From: Azolla caroliniana
Taxonomy: Eukaryota; Plantae; Polypodiophyta
Assembly: GCA_043228905.1 (NCBI GenBank)
Contig: JBHGNT010000016.1
Span: 15,996,001 to 16,060,000, forward strand
DNA length: 64,000 nucleotides
Reading direction: 5' to 3'
In this document: positions 1 to 11,600 of the stretch, one piece after another
Numbering within the stretch: the stretch's first letter is position 1
Layout of the letters: every line of letters begins with the position of its first letter
Made by a program: the position numbers and the translations under genes
Notes under the pieces: generated by a model
What the model was told of the DNA's origin: nothing
Databases searched by the model: none
The model's input: the letters and a program-made list of their open reading frames with translations, nothing else

Positions 1-425
1 ATATATACATACGCATACATACATTAGATATATACATAGATATCGTGCACATATTATAATCACACATCCATATAAATTGAATCGTGTACATTGACATATG
101 TATATATGCATACACATGTACATTCGTACATGGACATATGTACATTAACACATGGACATACATATATTCATTTATACATTGCTACATATACATACACATA
201 CATACATTAGATATTTACATAGATATTATGCACACGTTACAATCACAAATCCATACACATTGAATCATGTACATTGACATATGCATATACGCATACATAC
301 ATACATTACATATGCATACACATATGTACATTCATATGCAACATACACATATGCAATCACACATGCCATACACACAATACATACAACACAATATGTACAT
401 ACATACAATATATACAATACAATAC
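1..425. repeat. TA/CA-rich low-complexity host DNA; continues at 23534-23700 beyond the copia insertion
   Basis: Degenerate (CATA/CA/TA)n with an imperfect ~180-bp duplication (1-100 vs ~185-282); same composition resumes after TSD AATAC at 23529-23533. Confidence 0.85.
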
Positions 426-825
426 TGTAAACGTGAGTGTTTGCGGAAGCGTAAAACAGAGAACAACACACACAGAGAGAGAGAGAGAGAGAGCAGAACG
501 TAATTTCCAAAATTATATCAAGACTCTGTCACTACACACTGTGCTAAGTAGCACTATTTATACAAGTCCTCTTGGGACTGACAGAAGTACCATGTACTTC
601 AATGCTCACACGAGCATCTGACACTTACTACGAGACTATAGCTACCTAGTAGTCTATCCTATACTAGGCTTCCGATTGGACTACCGGTTACGGATTGCAC
701 CCGGCCTCCACTGCTTGCCGGTTCGGTTGCTCACCGTCATACTGATCCGTTTCGCCCGATCCGTCTCGCTTACCGGCTCAGGCTTATTCAGCCGATCCGG
801 CTCCGGTTGAGCTTGCCGCTCAACA
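426..825 (-). repeat. copia-1 3' LTR (400 bp)
   Basis: Direct repeat of 23103-23528 (about 4 substitutions plus a microsatellite length difference); adjacent to PPT. Confidence 0.95.
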
Positions 826-879
826 CTCCCCCTCAAGCTCAACTTGAGGTGGGGTCGTAGTGTCGACCTCTGTGGCAGC

Positions 880-1269
880 TGTTGGCCGGTCAGAAGAGCA
901 AGGACAAGTGGGAAGGCGGAATCAGATCGGATAATAGGAAGTAAATAATAGTAAAATTATTATTCGGAGGGACGGATCCGGTACAGTTGTACCGATCCGG
1001 ATCCGGACCGATTCGGATGTCGGTTGCCTAAGCACACCGATTGTAACCTTGCCGGATGCCTATAAAAGGATCCGATGATTTGTAAAGTGTTTTGACGGAA
1101 GTAATACAATAGTGATTATTGCGTATTTATCTGTATCTTGTATTGTTTGCCATCCGTGCTTAATTGTAATCATCTTATGCGTGTAACCTAGCATCCAATC
1201 CTTACCACCCCTTTGGAGAAGTGTCGGATAGACACCTGTGTTGAGGCTAGTCCGGCGAGACAGACAACA
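880..1269 (+). repeat. Element A 5' LTR
   Basis: TGTTGG...CAACA; TATA-like CCTATAAAAG at ~1060; repeat of 17662-18051. Confidence 0.95.
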
Positions 1270-1275
1270 CTATTT

Positions 1276-1287
1276 TGGCGACCACGA
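1276..1287 (+). promoter_or_regulatory. Primer-binding site, tRNA-Arg-like (TGGCGACCACGA)
   Basis: 6 nt after LTR end; identical in B (~46354) and E (~45817); about 10 nt complementary to a ...GUGGUCGCCA tRNA-Arg 3' end (tRNA identity from recall). Confidence 0.75.
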
Positions 1288-1321
1288 TTCCTGCAAAGTG
1301 CAGAGGACAACCGGGGGATGG

Positions 1322-4300
1322 ATGTCTAGACCAAACGACGACCACATCACCGAACGAGGGAGACGATACACCGAACGCGAGCAACGACGGGAAGCCCTGC
1401 AGCAAGCCGTCGACGAGATCCGGCGGGATCGGTCATTCTCCAAAACTCTTCGGAGAGTCGCAGAAGAAGCACTGCAGTTCCGGGTTCTGCAAATCCCCGA
1501 CGAAGGCAGTAGCATAACAAGCCTGCAAGAGGCGGAAACGATACTGCAGACGCTCGCCACGGGCGACGGGGACTCAGAAGCATTCGCAACACTTGAGGCG
1601 GAGTCAGAAAGCGATGGAAGCGTTGCATCCCGGTATAAAAGTAGCCACGACACACCAAACGACCGGGAGGACGAGGGGTCGGACGACTCAGTAACACCGG
1701 CGCCAGAGGAAGAAATAACCCTGGAATTCGGTGATCGGCAACCGCCGAGGAAGGCTGAGCGGATACCGACAACACCCGCGGAGGAACCAACGGACCGGAC
1801 ACCGGCAACACCCGCGGAGGAACCAAAGGTTCTCACACCAACGCCAACAGCGGACAGAGAGCGGAGGGAACAGGACAGTCAGTTGGACGACACGATGCCG
1901 TACCCATACCCAAAGTACCGGGATGAGGCCGACGCGGAGGCACACGTGTACGCATTCCTCCAAACATGGGAAGCCAACCATGTCTCCCAAAGATTGACGG
2001 AGCCCGAAGCCGAACGATCCAAAATCGCCGAATTCGGCATAACCTTAGAAGGGCCGGCGGCCCAATGGCACGCAAAGCACTTACCAGGCACCTTTGCCAC
2101 ATTCGATGCCTTGAAGGCCAGATTCCTCAGGTTTTTTCACAGACAATTTGAGCAAAGGGAATTGGTCGGGCAGTTCTACACCACCCGGCAGGAAGAGAAC
2201 GAGACTATGCCACAATTCATCATTCGGTTCCAAACCCTGCACAACCAACTGACAAGAGCACCACCCGAAGACGAAGCCAAAGCAGTCTTTCTGGCTGCAC
2301 TGAAAGAGCCACTTCGAACAATGTGCGGAGTCCTTGATTTCCAAACCAGCACAATGGACCAAGTTATTGATCGGGTTTTAGAAATGGACAAGACTAGCCC
2401 CTTCTTGTCGATGGGGATGTTACACCGGGCACTCCCAAAGGAGGAAGACCTGAGGTTCCGACAGGCCTTACAATGCACAACATGCCTAAATTCGGGACAC
2501 TCAACAGTGGACTGCACCCTGCGGACACAATGTGTGATCTGCAACTCTCGAGCCCATACAACGGACCGATGCGAATATAACCTGTTAAATCGGCAAGCAA
2601 CACCGGTTCGACACATAGAACCGCGCAATCAGAACTCGGACGAGGATCGATTCCGGAGAGACGACCGCTACCAACGTGAACGCGGTAACAGATACGCTGA
2701 TAGAAGACACGACAACTATGACCGAGAGGAGAGACGCAGAGATAGCTACCCCCGGGACCGGTACGACAGAGACGAATCCCCGGAAGACGATCGACGCAGA
2801 GAAGAGAGGCGACAAGGATACGCTGATACAAGACGCGACAACTATGACCGAGAGGAGAGACGCAAAGATAGCTACCCCCGGGACCGGTACGACCGAAACG
2901 AAGCCCCGGAATACGACCGACGTAGAGAAGAGAGGCGACAAGGGAACCGAAATTTCCGACGGAATCAGAAGCGTGGATTTTTCCGAAGAGAGGAACGTCG
3001 GGAGGCAGCAAGGAATGACAACCCGGTATCGGTACCGGATAACCGGAAAACTGAAGACGACCGCCGGGGCATACCCACCCTCCAAACCGGGGACAAAGCA
3101 GAAACAAGCAACAGTCACAAGGTGTACTGTTATTACTGCCGCAAGGAAGGCCACTATAGTAACCAATGCCCAAGCAAAAGCTATGACAAGCAGCCGGAAG
3201 TCAACATGGTTACAACCGAAATAACAGAAGTACAGCAGGTCACAACCCGGTCAAAGGGAAAGACCGCTGAGTGGGAAGCCCAGGAGGCAATCAGAAAACA
3301 AGCGACACAATGGATCAAGGAGGTCAATGAACAGAATGCGGCAGAAGTAAGAGACCAAAATATGCCAAAAGACGAAGAAATCATACAGCCAGGAGAAAAC
3401 CCGACGTGGCAAGCGCTACAGGACTGTCAAATCGTGCTGCCGTTAGCACGACTACTACAGTTAGTGCCACGATTTACAGCAGACCTACAGGCATCCGTCA
3501 GCAAACCGAAGCCGACGCCAGCACCGACATTCTTCTCCAACCCGGAGGAAGGACCAGTGGTGGTCGATACAAGTAGCCCGACGATCACGGCAATCGTGAA
3601 AGGAAAGGAAATTGCTGGAACGATTATTGACGGAGGCTCCGGGGTAAATGTCATCAGCCAACAGACATGCAACGACCTGGGCATCCGGGAATGGGAACCA
3701 TGCCCCTTCTGGTTACGCATGGCGGATACTAGCTCAGTCCGACTGACCGGGCTTATCCGGGATTTGGAAATAACGATCGGAGGCCACGTATTCCGGATAT
3801 CGGCCGTGGTGCTCCAGCTGAATGTACAAGGCACGTACCCCCTACTGCTAGGACGACCATGGCTGCGAACGACGCATATCAAGCAGAACTGGCAAAAGAA
3901 CATGATCACATTCTGGCGAGGAAAAACAAAGGTACGAGTAACGACGCAACCACGGGTGATCACCAGTAAGGAAGCAACTCCATTGTATGCGGAAAGCATT
4001 AACATGTTGGAGGGATTACCGGACGAGGAAGTCGAGCGGTACCTCGAGGAACACCCACGAATCGTCCCACTATTTGAGGTGGATATCACGGCGGCAGTAG
4101 AACCGTACATTACGACGCTGGAAGAACCGGACCAAGCGGCAATCCGGGAACTGCGACAAGCGCAGGAATCCCTAGAGAGGGAAATGACGATATCCCAGAG
4201 GGTAAAAGCATCCCAACTCGAGGAGGTGGACCTCGGCACAGCAGACAAGCCCCGACCGGTAAATGTTGCAAAGGAATTACCAAAGGAAGAAAAGAAGGCA

Positions 4301-7180
4301 ATGGTAGCATTGTTAACAGACTTCAAGGATGTGTTCGCGTGGTCGTACGAAGACATGCGAGGGCTGGACCCCCAGCTCTATCAGCACCAAATTCACCTAA
4401 GTACGGACGCGAAACCGATTGCTCAACGCAGGTACCGGATGAATCCGAATTATGCGGCAAAGGTGAAGGAGGAAATTGATAAGCTCCTCCGGGTCGGATT
4501 TATCCGACCGGTCAAGCAGGCAACCTGGCTGAGTTCGATAGTGGTGGTCCCGAAAAAGAACGGAAAAATCCGGGTATGCGTGGACTACCGAAAACTAAAT
4601 GCCGCAACAGTGACCGATGCGTTTCCACTACCATTTACGGACGGGGTGTTAGATGCGGTAGCCGGGCACGAAGTTTACAGCTTCCTGGATGGATTTAGCG
4701 GCTACAACCAAATACGAATGAACCCGGCCGACCAAGAGAAAACAACGTTCGTGACGGAATGGGGAGTGTTCGTCGCGGTCGTGATGATGTTCGGACTAAA
4801 GACGGCTCCAACGACCTTTCAAAGGATAATAATGGAAATTTTCGGGGAATATATCCCCGGTTTTATGCAGGTCTTCCTTGACGATTTCGCGGTTTACAGT
4901 CGGCACAGAGAGCATCTCGATCACCTCCGGATGTGCTTGGAGAAGTGCCGCGAGTACCGATTGAGCCTGAATCCGGCCAAGTGCGTCTTTGGAGTGGCAA
5001 GCGGCAACTTGCTAGGGCACGTGGTGAGTAAGGAAGGAATCGCGGTAGATCCGGATAAAGTCAAGGCGATTCTCGATGCACCAGCACCAAGTAACGCAAA
5101 GGCTTTAAGCCGGTTCCTGGGCCAAATAAGGTGGCATAGCCGGATGATATGGCACCTCGCGGACTTCGCTACACCGTTACATACCGCCGTACATAGGGTA
5201 CCCTTCCTATGGGCAGAGACGGAGGAGGAATCCTACAAAGCGTTGAAGGTTATGCTGTCGCAAGCTCCGGTGGTGCAACCGCCGGATTGGAGTAAAAGCT
5301 TTCACGTCTTCGTCGACGCGTCGGACGTAGCAATCGGCAGCGTTCTGATGCAACTCACAGAGCCGAAATGGTACCGACCGGTGTACTACGCAAGCCGGAA
5401 ACTCTCAAAAGCCGAACGGAATTACTCTACAACGGAACGCGAGGCATTGGGAATGGTGTATAGTGTCACAAAGTACAGGCACTATCTGCTCGGAAGGAAG
5501 TTTTCCTTCCATGTCGACCATTCGGCACTACTCTACCTGGTCTCGAAGGCATCCCTGACGGGAAAAATTGCACGGTGGACACTGCTACTACAGGAATTTG
5601 AATTCGACATTTTCCACCGACCCGGGGCGCAGCATGCGGTAGCGGACTATCTAAGCAGACTCGAATCCGGAGAAGCAGGGGACGGCGTCCAGGATGAGTT
5701 TCCCGACGCCGAATTGTTCCGGATCACGACGAAACCGGCAACGGATACAACGGTAGCCGACGAAGAGACATGGCTAACTGAGATGCATCAGTTCCTGAGC
5801 ACCGGAGTTCCCCCGGAGAACATGGACCGCGATGAAAGGAAAAGGGTAGCAGTAAGAAGTAGACATTTCTGCTTGGTTGGAGAAAACCTCTATCACAAGG
5901 GGGCAGATGGCATCTGGAGACGAGTAGTGCGGAGCGATGAGAAGGATCTAATCCTCAGGGAAGCCCACTGTGGAATTGCCGGCGGGCATTATGCCGGCGA
6001 CGCAACCGCTCGGAAAATATGGCAGAGCGGACTGTGGTGGCCGACCACCCTAAACGATGCCGTGAAGTATAGCAGAGAATGCGATTTGTGTCAACGACTG
6101 GGCCAACCCACAGAGCAGGCCCGGATGCCACACCACCCGGTCTTGCCCTTAGAACCGTTTCAAAAGTGGGGGTTGGACTTTGTCGGTCCCTTCAAACCAC
6201 CGGCAATGCGAACCGGAAATCGGTATGTCATAGTGGCGACCGACTATTGCACCAAATGGGTAGAAGCAAAGGCCTTACGGGACAACACGGCCGCGTCCAC
6301 GGCAAAGTTTCTGTACGAATGCATATGGTGCCGGTATGGATGCCCGATCGAGCTTATAAGTGACCAAGGAGGACATTTTCTCGGGCAGGTAGTAGAAAGC
6401 CTGACGTCATTTTACACGGTGGTACATAAAAAGAGTACACCCTACTACCCTCAAGCCAATGGACTAGCGGAATCAACGAACAAAACTCTGCAGAACATCC
6501 TACGAAAAATCGTCAACGAGAACCGGACCGACTGGGATACGAAATTGCAAAGCGCGCTATGGGCGTACCGAACAACGTACAAAACCAGCATCCGGACAAC
6601 CCCGTTCCGACTAGCATTCGGGTTAGAAGCGGTCATGCCGGTAGAGTTCCAGATCCCCAGCTTACGGATTCAGGTGAAGGAGCGCTTAAGTGAGAACGAG
6701 TCCGAACGAATCCGGCTGGCAACGTTGTTGGAATTAGAGGAAAACCGAATAGCCAGCTTACTACAACTCGAACTGGAGCAAAGGAGGAGAAAAGCCTTCA
6801 TGGACCGACACCGGCGTGGCAATGAAAAGGAGTTCGAAGTCGGGAAACCGGTACTACTATTCCAGACACGGATGGGGAACATGCCGGGAAAGTTGCGGTT
6901 TCGATGGACCGGACCGGTCACCAAGGAGTACAATGGGTCGTATCAGCTCGGCACGTTGTTTGGAGATGTCATCGGCAAGTGGGCAAATGGATTTCGGCTA
7001 AAGCCGTATAAGGGAAATATGCCAGCCAACCCGTTCAAGCGAAACCCGGAAATCCGGCAAGATGAGGAACCGACACCGACAGACGCTGCTGAAGATATTC
7101 GGACCGAGGAAGAACTGACACCGACAGACGCTGCATCCACACGAACCAACCCGAACAAATCGGGGGGGACCAGCAAATGA
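1322..7180 (+). CDS. Gag-Pol polyprotein of element A (uninterrupted)
   Basis: ATG at 1322 (MSRP) aligns with MTRP of B; retrotransposon gag, three Cys/His knuckles (CTTCLNSGH..C, CVICNSRAH..C, CYYCRKEGH..C), PR IIDGGSG, RT VCVDYRKLN/FLDDF, RH VDASD..EREAL, INT H-H-C-C with GLDFVGP, ISDQG, QANGLAE. Confidence 0.95.
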   Translation: MSRPNDDHITERGRRYTEREQRREALQQAVDEIRRDRSFSKTLRRVAEEALQFRVLQIPDEGSSITSLQEAETILQTLATGDGDSEAFATLEAESESDGSVASRYKSSHDTPNDREDEGSDDSVTPAPEEEITLEFGDRQPPRKAERIPTTPAEEPTDRTPATPAEEPKVLTPTPTADRERREQDSQLDDTMPYPYPKYRDEADAEAHVYAFLQTWEANHVSQRLTEPEAERSKIAEFGITLEGPAAQWHAKHLPGTFATFDALKARFLRFFHRQFEQRELVGQFYTTRQEENETMPQFIIRFQTLHNQLTRAPPEDEAKAVFLAALKEPLRTMCGVLDFQTSTMDQVIDRVLEMDKTSPFLSMGMLHRALPKEEDLRFRQALQCTTCLNSGHSTVDCTLRTQCVICNSRAHTTDRCEYNLLNRQATPVRHIEPRNQNSDEDRFRRDDRYQRERGNRYADRRHDNYDREERRRDSYPRDRYDRDESPEDDRRREERRQGYADTRRDNYDREERRKDSYPRDRYDRNEAPEYDRRREERRQGNRNFRRNQKRGFFRREERREAARNDNPVSVPDNRKTEDDRRGIPTLQTGDKAETSNSHKVYCYYCRKEGHYSNQCPSKSYDKQPEVNMVTTEITEVQQVTTRSKGKTAEWEAQEAIRKQATQWIKEVNEQNAAEVRDQNMPKDEEIIQPGENPTWQALQDCQIVLPLARLLQLVPRFTADLQASVSKPKPTPAPTFFSNPEEGPVVVDTSSPTITAIVKGKEIAGTIIDGGSGVNVISQQTCNDLGIREWEPCPFWLRMADTSSVRLTGLIRDLEITIGGHVFRISAVVLQLNVQGTYPLLLGRPWLRTTHIKQNWQKNMITFWRGKTKVRVTTQPRVITSKEATPLYAESINMLEGLPDEEVERYLEEHPRIVPLFEVDITAAVEPYITTLEEPDQAAIRELRQAQESLEREMTISQRVKASQLEEVDLGTADKPRPVNVAKELPKEEKKAMVALLTDFKDVFAWSYEDMRGLDPQLYQHQIHLSTDAKPIAQRRYRMNPNYAAKVKEEIDKLLRVGFIRPVKQATWLSSIVVVPKKNGKIRVCVDYRKLNAATVTDAFPLPFTDGVLDAVAGHEVYSFLDGFSGYNQIRMNPADQEKTTFVTEWGVFVAVVMMFGLKTAPTTFQRIIMEIFGEYIPGFMQVFLDDFAVYSRHREHLDHLRMCLEKCREYRLSLNPAKCVFGVASGNLLGHVVSKEGIAVDPDKVKAILDAPAPSNAKALSRFLGQIRWHSRMIWHLADFATPLHTAVHRVPFLWAETEEESYKALKVMLSQAPVVQPPDWSKSFHVFVDASDVAIGSVLMQLTEPKWYRPVYYASRKLSKAERNYSTTEREALGMVYSVTKYRHYLLGRKFSFHVDHSALLYLVSKASLTGKIARWTLLLQEFEFDIFHRPGAQHAVADYLSRLESGEAGDGVQDEFPDAELFRITTKPATDTTVADEETWLTEMHQFLSTGVPPENMDRDERKRVAVRSRHFCLVGENLYHKGADGIWRRVVRSDEKDLILREAHCGIAGGHYAGDATARKIWQSGLWWPTTLNDAVKYSRECDLCQRLGQPTEQARMPHHPVLPLEPFQKWGLDFVGPFKPPAMRTGNRYVIVATDYCTKWVEAKALRDNTAASTAKFLYECIWCRYGCPIELISDQGGHFLGQVVESLTSFYTVVHKKSTPYYPQANGLAESTNKTLQNILRKIVNENRTDWDTKLQSALWAYRTTYKTSIRTTPFRLAFGLEAVMPVEFQIPSLRIQVKERLSENESERIRLATLLELEENRIASLLQLELEQRRRKAFMDRHRRGNEKEFEVGKPVLLFQTRMGNMPGKLRFRWTGPVTKEYNGSYQLGTLFGDVIGKWANGFRLKPYKGNMPANPFKRNPEIRQDEEPTPTDAAEDIRTEEELTPTDAASTRTNPNKSGGTSK
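2691..2943 (+). repeat. 126-bp in-frame tandem duplication in the R/D/E-rich gag region
   Basis: YADRRHDNYDREERRRDSYPRDRYDRDESPEDDRRREERRQG occurs twice with few changes. Confidence 0.9.
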
Positions 7181-8649
7181 CGTGGTCCAAGCAAAGGAAA
7201 AAAAAAAAAAAAAAAAAAGACGTGGGCAAAATCGACGCGAATCATCGTAATGATGGGGAGATCACAAGAGGTGGGAGCGCCACCATGCAACGAAGAGGCG
7301 CCATGCATTAAAGAAGGACGTGCGCGTACTTGCTATTTAAAGCATGGAGCGTGGGCACTCACACGCGGCAAACAAGAAAGGACATACTAATTATGGCGGG
7401 AGAGGAACATGCGCGGGAAACGAAAAAGGGCGGCTCGAGGCACAACCCACTATATAAGACACAGGCCTGCGAAGGGCTCACTTTTTACGTATTTTCCTAC
7501 ATACAGGCGCAGAAGCACAGAAGAGCGACTCGACGCACAGAGCACACACAGCGCGATCCCGAACAACAGGCAGCAGACGAAGAATTCGAAACAATGGTAC
7601 TGTCGGAAGAGGCACGCCAATGGATGAGGGAGAACGGGTTAAAAGGATTGCTGCGGATCGCCGACGCTCCACCACACGCAGAACCAGAGCAGGCGGCAAC
7701 ATCGATCGATATATTAGAAGTCACGGAAGGAGCGGTGCAGGCACTCACGGGGATCAAAGCAGGAGGACTGCAAACAATCGAAAACCCTTCCAGTGAAATC
7801 CTGTTCGAATATTTCGGGGAATACTCTATCAGCAGCAAGGCGTACCGAACGCAGGGCGGAGAGAACCTGCTGTTCGGAGAAGTGGCCCGCGCTATGATGG
7901 AATACGGATTCGTGAATCCCCGTCCCCCAGCCATAGCCAAGTACCGGGCAACGTTCTTGATAGCAGCGTACGAGGGCTTACAAATAGACTGGCTCCATTT
8001 CATAACCGAAGGATTGAAGGAGGCCATCAGAAATCTTGTGGAAGGAAAAAAGCCATGGGCCGGGATAGCACAATGGCTAACGGTGTTAGTCCCACCGGTG
8101 CTCCCCATCACACAAAAGAAAAGAGGTCGGCAGGAGACGACGCCGAAAAAGGTCACAAAGCGCCGACAGTGTTAAGAGTCTATTACTAATCAATAGACCA
8201 AATCAAGTAAAAAGGAAGAAAATAGATTGGATAGAAGAACCCGTTCCACCCGACCACCCCCGAGCTATGATCTAGACATAGCCAACCTACCACCGACGTC
8301 CCATACCGCCGGATATTAGGATGACTAATACCTTGGAAGAGATAAACACGATCGTCGAGACAAAAGCCTAGCCCGCACCACCGGTGTCTACGACAGCAGC
8401 CTTCCGACGTGATGATCCCTATGAGGGTAGCTAAGCCTCATATTTATACCTTTTCCTAGGCCCCTTGAATAGATGTGCCTTTCTAAAAGGCTCTCTATTC
8501 ATTGGTTGTCTAAATCATGATAGTGCATGCACATAACATTCATTCTATCCAATCATTAGTCCCCTTTTAATAATAGTGAACATACCCTTCACTAATGTAA
8601 ATATTAGTGACCTACCCTCACCAACGTTATGTGTACATAACATACTCCC

Positions 8650-11600
8650 CTACTTCAAAAGATTGCACTCTTGCAATATAAAGTGAGGAAATTGTGCCTT
8701 AAGCGAATGCTCGCGTTCCCATGTGGCATCATCAATAGGTTTATCCATCCATTTGATCTTGAATAGCCGAATCTCTTTAGAACGTAAACGTTTAGTACGA
8801 GAATCAAGAATTCGTTCAGGAACATGAGGTTTGTAAGAAAAATCCTCTAATGTTACAAGATCTTGGATTGTGATGGTGTTATCACCAGAGCCTAAAAATG
8901 GTTTTAGACGACTGACGTGAAAAACAGGATGAATACCAACGTTACGAGGTAAGGCAAGGTGATAAGCAGATGACCCAACTCGCTTAAGGATTTCAAATGG
9001 GCCACAATATCGTGGGGCTAACTTAGCGCACTTGCCCGTAGATAATGACGTAGAATCAGTCGGGACACGCAAAAAAACTTTTTGACCAATAGTAAATGCA
9101 CGAGGACGTCTATCCTGATCAGCATAAAATCGAGCACGATCTTGAGCTGTCTTGACATTTTCTTTGGCAATATGCAACATTTGGTTCATGTCTTGCAAAA
9201 AATTGCGTGTACTGTCTAATGTATCACGATGAATCGTGACATCAACTGGGGCACGTGGCTGAAAACCATACATCAACATAAAAGGACTATATCCGGTGGA
9301 TGTATGTTTAGAGCTATTATAGGCAAATTCTAAGATAGGAAGGTATTGCTCCCACTTAGAAGGGGTTTTTGCTACATAACCTCGAAGCATGTCCTCAATA
9401 ATTTGATTAACTCGTTCAGTTTGTCCATCAGACTGAGGATGATCTGCGGAACTCATGCTCAACGTAGTTTCTAGTTTCTTAAAGACCTGAGTCCAAAAGT
9501 CACTAGTAAACTTGGAATCTCGATCACTAACAATATCCATCGGTAATCCATAAAAACGAAATAACTCATCAACAAATTGATAAGCCAACTGTTGAGCGGT
9601 TACCGTGGTTTTTGTAGGAATAAATCTAGCTAATTTTGTTAGCCTGTCAACGACAACCCATATGGCATCATGACCCCTCTGTGTACGAGGTAAACTAACA
9701 ATAAAATCCATCGAGATACTTTCCCATTTATTGTTGGGAATATCTAAGGGATGTAAAAGACCAGCAGCTTTAAGTCGTTCCGACTTATTAATCTGACATT
9801 GTAAGCATTGAGTTACGTATTTATGCACGTCAGAGCGCATCTTAGGCCAGAAAAAAGTACACGAGATGAGAACGAGTGTGCGTTGTATTCCAGGATGACC
9901 AGCAGATGGTGCATCATGACATTCATGAAAAATTTTCTGTTTAACATTTGGTAAATCTGGAACACAGACCTTTCCACTACGGTAGAGCAAACCGTTTGTA
10001 ATGTGAAAGGTCGCCTTCGAGGGTAGGGTGCTAGTATCGGCATCTAAACCAGATTCGGCTTTCGTCCAGTATTTTGAGAAATAACTGTCATCAAGGTATT
10101 TCCCTCGAAGGTGATCTAAAAGATCAGATTTTATTTCCGTGAAGCTAAGCATGTTAACTTCTTTAATGCGACTAAGAGCATCAGCAACGGTGTTCATAGA
10201 ACCCTTGCGATATCGTATGAAAAATCAAAATCTTGCATAAGGTCAGCCCAACGGCCTTTACGACCAACAAGATCGGGCTGGTCACAAAAATACTTTAATG
10301 ATTGATGGTCTGTTGTAACCACAAATTTATTTCCATAGAGATAGTGCCTCCATGTTTTAAGTGCGTGTATCACCGCAAACAACTCTTTCTCTTGAACCGA
10401 ATACCGAGATTGAGCAGCATCAAGCTTCTTACTTTCAAAAGCAATAGGGTGACCACCTTGATAAAGAACGGCACCAATAACATAATCACTAGCATCGGTT
10501 TCAATTGAGAAAGGCTTAGAAGGGTCTGGTAATAGAAGAGTGGGAGCCTGACACACATGCTCCTTGAGTGTCTCAAATGATTTGTCAAGTTGTTCATTCC
10601 ATGAAATTGGTTTGACAGACTTACGTGGATGACCTTTTAAAAGGTCAGTTAATGGCGTAGTCAATTTGGAATAGTTACGAATTGATTTTCGTAAAAATCC
10701 AACAAACCCTAAGAATGATCTAAGTTCACGAATATTACGAGGAATGGGCCAAAGTTTAACCTTTTCAATACGAGAAGGTTCAATTTCAACGCCATTTTCT
10801 GTAATTAAATGACCTAGGTACACAATAGATTTTTGGAAGAAGTCACATTTTGAATGTTTTGCATAGAAAGAGTTGTCACGCAACTTTCGCAAAACAAATC
10901 GAACATGTTGAACATGATCTTGCAAGGTACGGCTATATATCAAAATATCATCCAAGAAGACGACAACAAAATCACCGAGTTGATCTCGGAAAACATCATT
11001 CATCGCTTGTTGGAATGTGGCTGGAGCATTAGTCAACCCAAATGGCATGACTAAAAACTCATAATGGCCATAGCGCGTACGAAAAGCGGTTTTAGGAATA
11101 TCATCCTCGGCGATGCGAATCTGATGATAACCAGTTTGTAAGTCAATTTTCGTAAAATATCGAGCCCCGTGCAAACGATCAATCAAATCATCGGCACGAG
11201 GTAATGGATATGCATTCTTAATTGTCATTTTATTCAAACGGCGATAATTGATACACATTCGCCACGAACCTTCCTTCTTCTTGACTAATAGAACTGGCGC
11301 ACCCCAAGGTGATTTACTATACCTAATGTGGCCCATACTCAAGTATTCCTTAAGTTGTTTAGCGATCTCATCCTCTTCTAATCGACTAAGTCGGTAAGGT
11401 GGAATGCTCACAGGAGCAGCCCCAGGGATGAGTTCAATTTGATGGTCCACATTACGTTTAGGTGGTAAAGTAAGCGGTAATTCAGTAGGAAACACATCTT
11501 GAAAATCCTCTAAAATAGAGTCGAGTAATCGTTGCTCAAAATGTGGTAATTGTGTGGAGTCAATATTAAAATAATAAAATTGAACCGCAGGATCAATTAC

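Noticed and set aside
265-621. Short ORFs over CA/TA/GA microsatellites (also 23357-24798, 26451-26911, 58655-58876)
   Set aside because: Low-complexity translations with no domain features.
1238-1321. N-terminal extension of A gag-pol from a GTG start
   Set aside because: It begins inside the LTR and crosses the PBS; ATG 1322 aligns with the start in B and E.
1270-7308. Antisense and alternate-frame ORFs over gag-pol regions
   Set aside because: Expected shadows of GC-rich coding sequence; no independent motifs.
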